Part shown: positions 62,095 through 64,000 of the stretch, one piece after another | Position numbering within the stretch: the stretch's first letter is position 1 | Layout: each line of letters begins with the position of its first letter | DNA from: Antechinus flavipes | Taxonomy: Eukaryota | Direction of reading: 5' to 3' | Length of the DNA stretch: 64,000 nucleotides | NCBI RefSeq assembly: GCF_016432865.1 | Contig: NC_067400.1 | Location: 555,086,001 to 555,150,000, forward strand | Notes under the pieces: generated by a model | Databases searched by the model: none | Seen by the model: only the letters and a program-made list of their open reading frames with translations | What the model was told of the DNA's origin: nothing | Program-made: the position numbers and the translations under genes

Positions 62095-64000
62095 GGTTCT
62101 AATTTTAAAATATTTTATATATCAACCTCTTAGGAAAAATTATGAATTGTTCTCATTTTATTTTTTTGTCAATATATGTTTATCAGTATTTTATTTGTTT
62201 TATACATTTCATTTGTATGGGGAAAATAAATAGTCCTGTGCTCATTATGCTTTTTATATTGAAGACTTTTGAAGAAGGAACTCAGTTAATCTCCTTTGAG
62301 AAGATCATTCCCTTGACATGAATCAAACACAAGATTTGTTTAAGTGATTTTTCTTAAACTCTTGGTTGATAATAGAAAGAGCAGGAGACAATGTATCAGA
62401 CCTTGATCTTTCTTTTAGGAGCAGGGGTCCTTTGGGATAAACTGTATCTATGATCACAGAGTTAGGGGTTTTAGTGAGAGAAATTGTATATATATTAGTG
62501 TAAATAATGTGTATACATGTGAGTATTGTATGAATAAGTAAATATCCATAAGTGTATGTATCAATTAAAATTGTATATATTCATAATTTTATAGTGTTAA
62601 TAATAAAAGAAAATTACATAAGTATTTGCTTGCTATATCATTTATTATTTATTTTTTAATTTATTCATCATTTATTCAAGGAATATCCTATATTCTGACC
62701 ATAATCTAAATGCAGTTTTTGATTTAGACTGACAGTAGATGGCAGGCATGTAGGCAAATTTAACATGTTTTATTGAATTGAATGTGCTTTACATTATTCT
62801 CTGTAAAAATGCAAGCAGATATGGAAGACCATTTGTGAATTGTTTTAACTGTTGTTATGTTATACAAAAAGGGGCAAAACATATTTTTGTAAGCTATTAG
62901 GTACATACCTTTTACAGATATTAATTAATCCCTGCTAAAAAAAAATTAAGCCAAGAAGCACTGTTTAAAATTCTATTATGAAAAATGGCTTTGTTTAAAA
63001 TTATGATGGATGCAATGTCAAATTAAAAAAAAAATCTATCTTATGAATTTACAATCTAGTATACATGTAATTAAATAGACACAATAATAATCAGCAAAAA
63101 CGTAGAATATTTTTAGCACTCTACAAGAAGTTTGAGCCATGCATTTTATTTATTTATATCTGGAAAAGCTAATTTCTAGATGACGACAAAAGCAAATAAC
63201 TAATGGAAGAATTGTCATTTAAGTTTTCCTTGAAGGATGAATAGAATTTCAACTAATAGTCATGCCAAAGAGAGAAAGAATGTGGTTGCAAGTGAAAGAT
63301 ATGGGTTGAAAAATGACACAGAAGTTAGAAAATGTGGTGCACCTTGTTTTGTTCAAAAGTCCAACACAAAAAGAGAAGCAATATGAAATAAAGCTGGAAA
63401 CTTTAGGCTAGAGCTAAATTATTTGATAACTGAATTAGTCAAATTAAGAAAATTTCAAAACTCTAAAAATCCTGAATTGTAGCTTTCAGAGTTGATTATG
63501 GTTGTCACATAGGAAGAGAAATATCCTCTAAGACATCTTTGACAAATAGTCATTTAGAATTTCACCGAAGAACTCTAGGCAAAGAAAATGAAGTTCTTGA
63601 GGCATCCCATTTTACTTTTGTATAACTGCTTATGAGAATTAAATGATTTTTTTCTTTACCTTGAGCCAAAAATATCCTCTTTTTCTTGGTTCTGATCTAT
63701 TTGGTTAAGCAAAACCAAACCAATCTCTGTTTTTCATGAAAAATTTATCCAGCTAATCAGATCCTTTCTTATCACATCAGTGTGTGACACATACTGAAAA
63801 GTCTGGGTCAAATACAAACACCTGAATTTGTTCTGTCTTTTCCTGGAACTACTTTTACATAGGATACATATAATGAATATTTCTTTGCATTACATAAACA
63901 TCTGAATGGAGGATTTGAGATCTGTTTAGTTTTCGATCTGAAAATTGAACACCAGACAAGTATAAATGACTTTTCAATAGTCCAAAGTCTCACAGATTAA

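Noticed and set aside
54160-64000. Possible exons of a host gene (human ORs here are nested in MMP26, as recalled), RNA genes or a CRISPR-like array
   Set aside because: No MMP-like coding exon, tRNA/snRNA structure or spaced-repeat array is recognisable. The region is old SINE/LINE debris and AT-rich DNA.

Overview
AT-rich mammalian DNA, most likely from a dasyurid-type marsupial. That is inferred by eye from WSINE1-like and Mar1-like SINEs, BovB/RTE LINEs, HAL1-like elements and marsupial-type L1 3' ends. The window is part of the class I (OR51) olfactory receptor cluster. Gene order is OR51A7(+), an OR51G2 pseudogene(-), OR51G2(-), OR51G1 copy A(-), OR51G1 copy B(-), and an OR51A-subfamily gene(-). 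This matches my recollection of the human 11p15.4 order A7-G2-G1-A4/A2, except that G2 and G1 each sit in their own old tandem duplication (about 5.5-11.9 kb vs 12.7-24.5 kb, and 24.5-40.6 kb vs 40.6-52.9 kb). I found no new gene family and no RNA gene. The strongest signals are evolutionary or mechanistic. (1) The two OR51G1 copies share a 448-bp perfectly identical tract that stops just before a cluster of substitutions at odorant-pocket positions. (2) Copy B takes its stop codon and 3' flank from a HAL1-like retroelement after a 1,627-bp deletion. (3) Two templated insertions (45 and 115 bp) were copied from about 1.1-1.2 kb upstream into transposons. (4) A 32-bp perfect inverted repeat lies behind OR51A7. 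(5) An L1 fragment with target-site duplications (TSDs) has no 3' end or poly(A) tail. Repeat family names and most repeat boundaries come from visual recognition, not database searches, and are approximate unless a TSD is quoted.
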